From the sequence record OR545507.1: a stretch of DNA of 64,000 bases; one strand, written 5' to 3'. The notes below the pieces were generated by a model. It saw nothing but the letters and a program-made list of their open reading frames with translations. It ran no database searches and was not told the origin of the DNA. Shown piece after piece: positions 58,513 to 64,000 of the stretch. The stretch's first letter is position 1. The number at the start of each line of letters is the position of its first letter. The position numbers were made by a program, and so were the translations under genes.

Positions 58513-58908
58513 TTAGTCTCCAACAAAACCTTGACGTGCAGCATATGATGGTGCACCAGGCTCATTATAGTGTTGTACGCCTTCTTTGTCAATTGTTGGT
58601 CCCATACCTTCAGTTCCAAAACAACCTGCAATGGCTTCCAACACTTCTTCATCAGCAACTTCAGTACTTTCATCATTATATCGAATGTCAGACAAAATGT
58701 CACAGGCTTTTTGTAGTTTATCTACAATTTCTTTTTGGTCTTCACCAGATTTAATCTTATCAACAATATCAATAAGACATTTGGTAATATCCTTAAGAAC
58801 ATCAACTGCTACAACATCGGATTCAACTTCAACTGAAAAACTTTCGTCTTCATCTCTTCCGGTAATTTCGTCTAACGCTTCAACTAGTTCACGATAATTA
58901 TATTGCAT
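58513..58908 (-). CDS. acidic hypothetical protein (possible head-internal)
   Basis: 131 aa, GGAG RBS, LVE/LDE near N-terminus. Confidence 0.65.
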   Translation of the reverse strand: MQYNYRELVEALDEITGRDEDESFSVEVESDVVAVDVLKDITKCLIDIVDKIKSGEDQKEIVDKLQKACDILSDIRYNDESTEVADEEVLEAIAGCFGTEGMGPTIDKEGVQHYNEPGAPSYAARQGFVGD

Positions 58909-58909
58909 A

Positions 58910-59890
58910 TTATTTGTCTCCTAAAAATTTCTTGTATTTTTCTTGGAGACTTTCAAAAATATCTTCTACTTCTTCATCAGAATCATCTTCCAAGTCAATG
59001 TTACCTTCAGGTGAATCATCTTCTTCACTTTCATTAACATTTAGTGGGTTATCTCCTAATGCAGTGCCTGGGAATTTTGGTTCAAATTTATGAACACGAT
59101 TTTCGTTCCCTTCATTATCATAATACTCAGGTTCTGGACGATTGTCAAGATCTTCATCTACAACACGTCTCCAATAAAATTGATTGCCTTTTGCAATTAC
59201 AACAAAATGGTCACCTTCAACACCATTAGTCTTTAGTTGACCATCACGAACGGCATCAGCTTCTGTATCATATGGACCATAATCAGTACTGTTAGATGGT
59301 TCTTCATCTTCAGAGATACTTAGATCTGGTAGAAATTGGGTATCTTTCATTTCTTTATCGGTAGCAGGATTACCCTCTACTGAAAAATCTTCGTCTTCTT
59401 CTTCGTTAATACCAGCAAGAGATAGCATACGACTAAAATCGAATTCTTCTTCAATAATTTCTTCTTCTTCCTCATCGTCTTCTTCAACTGATTCTAGTTG
59501 AGGTTGACCACTAAGGTCAAGAGAAAAATCTTCTTCACCTTCTACACCTGGTTCTGAAAATTCAGCATCCATACTAACTTCATCTGTGTCAGCACCAAAA
59601 TCACCAACATCAGCGGAAAGATCATCAACTGCCGCTGCTAGTGGGTCTTCAACTGAAGTTTCAATTCCACCAATTTCTTCTTCAGCACCAATAGAATCGA
59701 GATCTAGTGGAGCAATAGGTGGAAGAGATGGAGTCATAGACCCCATAGATGGTACTGGAGCGGCAACTACTGGGTCTTGACGTTCAGCTTGACCAGCAAG
59801 AGCTAACATACGTGATAGAGTTTCCAAATCATCAGATTCTAAACCTGCGATATCGATTTTAACTTGTGCTTCATTAATTTTTTTAGCCAT
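58910..59890 (-). CDS. very acidic protein, possible prohead core/scaffold
   Basis: 326 aa, extreme Asp/Glu content, repeated L(S/A)RMLxLAG motif, multiple (I/L)-x-E sites. Confidence 0.6.
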   Translation of the reverse strand: MAKKINEAQVKIDIAGLESDDLETLSRMLALAGQAERQDPVVAAPVPSMGSMTPSLPPIAPLDLDSIGAEEEIGGIETSVEDPLAAAVDDLSADVGDFGADTDEVSMDAEFSEPGVEGEEDFSLDLSGQPQLESVEEDDEEEEEIIEEEFDFSRMLSLAGINEEEDEDFSVEGNPATDKEMKDTQFLPDLSISEDEEPSNSTDYGPYDTEADAVRDGQLKTNGVEGDHFVVIAKGNQFYWRRVVDEDLDNRPEPEYYDNEGNENRVHKFEPKFPGTALGDNPLNVNESEEDDSPEGNIDLEDDSDEEVEDIFESLQEKYKKFLGDK

Positions 59891-59912
59891 TTTAAATAAA
59901 TCCTTTTAGTTA

Positions 59913-61430
59913 TCAATCATTATTATTTAATGATTTTAAAATTTGCACTGTTTCATCCTTTTTACCTGAAAGTAAAATGTCAGCAGCAAGTAGAGAAACC
60001 TCATCACCACGAGTTAGTAGTACTGTGATTTTTTTAGCATAAGGTGACTCTTTAATTTTAGAAGCTAATGATTGTACATCATCACCAGCAATTGTTTCAG
60101 ATTTAGTTTCTGGTTCAGAAACTTCGTCTGGTTTTTGTTCAGATTCTGGTTCTTTCTTAGGTTCTTCTTTTGATTGAATTTGCTCAGTACCAGAGTCTAC
60201 TTCAGGTGTTTCATCACTTTTAACTTCTTTATCTTGTTCATATTTGGCAAGTAATTTAGCAGCAGTTGCTTTTGGTATAAACTTACCATCAGCACTAATG
60301 AATCTGTCACCACCAACATACGAATATTCTTTGCCTTGTTTGGATTTAACTTTTGTACCGATTTTCATAGCACCGGAATTGTTATGACGGAAAATATCAC
60401 GCTGTGCTGCTCGTTCAACACTTTTAGAAGCACTTGTGTTAAGTTGCTTTTTACTTTCGATATCATACCACAAGTTATTTTTCTTAGCGTATGTTTTTCC
60501 TTTAGAAGAAGTCATTCTATAACCGTCAGGAACAGTAATGCTTTCAAATTCTTCAATTTCTTCATCTGCTTCATTAATTGATTCTTTAGTTGCAAATACT
60601 GGCTGTTTAGCAGGGTGTGAAGCTTTATGTGGCTTTTCACCTGAACCAAAACGTTGCTCACTATGTTCTTGTTCACCCGTTAATGTAGGAAAATCACTTG
60701 GGTTATTCTTAACAAATTGCTGATATGCATTAATAATTGCATGTGCATTTTGTTCTGGAATTACTACATTACCATCATTATCACAAAATTCTTTACCATT
60801 CCACTCACAACGTGTATTGCCTTGAACTAAGGTTGATTTGATTGGAATTAGTTTATTTTTAGAAGCTAACTGACGAGCAATACGCATACCTTCATCTGAT
60901 AGTTTACGGGTCATTGCTGGATCAACTGCTCGTCCTGATTTCATATCAACAAAACGGTGATTCTTTGGCACAAATTTAAAACCACTTACTTCCATACCTG
61001 CTGGAATTGATATATCATCAGCATATGGTGGAAGAATGTAAAATTTTAATGCATTCCATTCTTTTTGTAGTGTTTCTTTAGAAACATTATATACTCGATG
61101 ATCATCTGCCATTAATTCAGTGATGAATTCACTTTCAGTTAATAGAATTCCATCTTTTGAATTGAAACGGTTTTCACCAATAAATGTACACTCTTTACCT
61201 TCAACAATATATTTGTTACCAATCTTATATTCATTTGAAGCTAGATTGTGCTCGACAATCTGTTGTCGAGCACTTGCGTACATGGATGGGTATTTTCTAG
61301 GGTCTACCATTAACATATTATTGTCATTGAACCAGAATCCTTCAAGAAATACATATTTTGCACCAGTATGTGACGTATATACATATCCATTAGGAACTGT
61401 GGTAGTTTCAGTACTGAAAAAATTATCCAT
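59913..61430 (-). CDS. hypothetical protein with repeated small beta-modules
   Basis: 505 aa; repeats such as GYVYTSHTGAKYVF, GYRMTSSKGKTYAK, GTKVKSKQGKEYSY. Confidence 0.7.
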   Translation of the reverse strand: MDNFFSTETTTVPNGYVYTSHTGAKYVFLEGFWFNDNNMLMVDPRKYPSMYASARQQIVEHNLASNEYKIGNKYIVEGKECTFIGENRFNSKDGILLTESEFITELMADDHRVYNVSKETLQKEWNALKFYILPPYADDISIPAGMEVSGFKFVPKNHRFVDMKSGRAVDPAMTRKLSDEGMRIARQLASKNKLIPIKSTLVQGNTRCEWNGKEFCDNDGNVVIPEQNAHAIINAYQQFVKNNPSDFPTLTGEQEHSEQRFGSGEKPHKASHPAKQPVFATKESINEADEEIEEFESITVPDGYRMTSSKGKTYAKKNNLWYDIESKKQLNTSASKSVERAAQRDIFRHNNSGAMKIGTKVKSKQGKEYSYVGGDRFISADGKFIPKATAAKLLAKYEQDKEVKSDETPEVDSGTEQIQSKEEPKKEPESEQKPDEVSEPETKSETIAGDDVQSLASKIKESPYAKKITVLLTRGDEVSLLAADILLSGKKDETVQILKSLNNND

Positions 61431-61443
61431 GTGTTGATTCTCC

Positions 61444-61986
61444 TTAAGAAAGCATACGTAACAGTTGGTCGCGTTGCTCTGGACTTAATTTTTGTAGAGC
61501 ATCAGGGATACTGGAACCTTGTGCTTTTGGTTGTTCTTGTTGTGCTGGTTGCTCAGTTGAGGTCGATTGTGATGGTTGTGATTCTGAACTTTCTTCGCCA
61601 CCTTGTTGGTCACGGTAGTCATTCATTATATCACGAGCAGCATTTAATAGAGCAGTACCTACATCTTTTGGTGTAAAAGAACGACGAGGATTGTTCCCTA
61701 AATGTTTAATATCAAGATTGTTACCTTTAAAAAACTGTGCCACATCAGCGTAAGGTACTGATGGTTGAGCTTTACCATATTTACGTCCAACATAACGTTT
61801 AAACTCTGCCCATAAGCGGTTGGCTTCAGCACCAACTTCTTGTGCACCTTGTTCAATCTGTCCACTACCAAAAAAGCCTTTTACTTTTCCTTTTGCACTA
61901 TCAACTGCACTTTGTGAACGACTATAAGGACGAGCTTCATTTAACTCATTGTCTTCATAATCTAACATTTCATTAAGTATACTCAT
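61444..61986 (-). CDS. hypothetical protein (possible head-internal)
   Basis: 180 aa starting MSILNEMLDYEDNELNEAR. Confidence 0.7.
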   Translation of the reverse strand: MSILNEMLDYEDNELNEARPYSRSQSAVDSAKGKVKGFFGSGQIEQGAQEVGAEANRLWAEFKRYVGRKYGKAQPSVPYADVAQFFKGNNLDIKHLGNNPRRSFTPKDVGTALLNAARDIMNDYRDQQGGEESSESQPSQSTSTEQPAQQEQPKAQGSSIPDALQKLSPEQRDQLLRMLS

Positions 61987-61989
61987 GTG

Positions 61990-62526
61990 TTAATCCTTTT
62001 TACCAAAACCAGCACTCATATATTGAGAGTATTTATTGTCTTTTTTCGATGCTTCAATTGCATCATCAACGGCAGTGTTTGCACGTTGTTGTCCAGCTAA
62101 GTCATAACTGTCTTCTGGTTTACCAAAATCCACTCCAATAACTGGTTCATCAACATCATCAAAATCGATATCATCTTCCAAATCAGTCATTTCAATTTGA
62201 CGAGGTTCATCTTTACTACGAACACGAATCAATGCTTCTGTCATGCTTAGTAAATTGCCAATTTCATACATTAGTACATTTGATTGAACGCCACGATGAC
62301 ATTTAAAGTCAAACATCCAAATTTCACCACAATCTAATTCATAGAAATCTAATGGTTTTTCCATAAAAATTGTTTTCTTTAGTGCTCCAATTTCAAACGC
62401 ATCATAGCGATCCATTAGTCGCTGGGTTACTTTACTAAGTTGCTCAGGTGTTGGTTCAACTGCAAACTTAACTCGGTATTCATAAACTGGTTTCTTTTCA
62501 GTTAGGATTTGTTGTAATCTATTCAT
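61990..62526 (-). CDS. hypothetical protein
   Basis: 178 aa, GGAG RBS, late promoter AATAAATA at 62555-62562. Confidence 0.7.
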   Translation of the reverse strand: MNRLQQILTEKKPVYEYRVKFAVEPTPEQLSKVTQRLMDRYDAFEIGALKKTIFMEKPLDFYELDCGEIWMFDFKCHRGVQSNVLMYEIGNLLSMTEALIRVRSKDEPRQIEMTDLEDDIDFDDVDEPVIGVDFGKPEDSYDLAGQQRANTAVDDAIEASKKDNKYSQYMSAGFGKKD

Positions 62527-62553
62527 TTTAATAACTCCATAAGGTCGTTTAAG

Positions 62554-64000
<1,447 letters not shown>

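Overview
An AT-rich, gene-dense 64-kb segment of a large T4-superfamily myophage. The RaK2/GAP32/121Q-like jumbo group is the likely placement, inferred from gene content and order with no database search. A WcaM-like (colanic-acid) tailspike suggests an Enterobacterales host. The window covers most of the virion morphogenesis region: portal, probable tape measure, baseplate gp26/gp51/gp53/hub/gp5/gp25/gp6/giant gp7-like wedge, neck gp14, tail terminator gp15, fibres and spikes, gp4, probable small terminase, and a cluster of probable head-internal proteins. Interleaved on the minus strand are early-type units: gp55-gp47-gp46, ClpA, thyA and a MoxR-vWA pair. Signals that the ORF track does not explain: (1) a ~455-nt ORF-free, GC-enriched, heavily base-paired minus-strand unit (about 6241 to 5787) with its own promoter and terminator, a candidate large ncRNA, followed by an AT-rich origin-like tract; (2) roughly five-fold window-wide enrichment of the palindrome AGTACT; (3) a coherent early-promoter class (GACA-16 bp-TATAAT), three copies of which sit back-to-back with T4-type late promoters; (4) an endonuclease VII lacking all four zinc cysteines; (5) a gp5 spike carrying a catalytically dead M23 fold and a C-terminal lysozyme that is duplicated as a free gene. 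No tRNA, CRISPR array, intron, intein or IS element was recognised.
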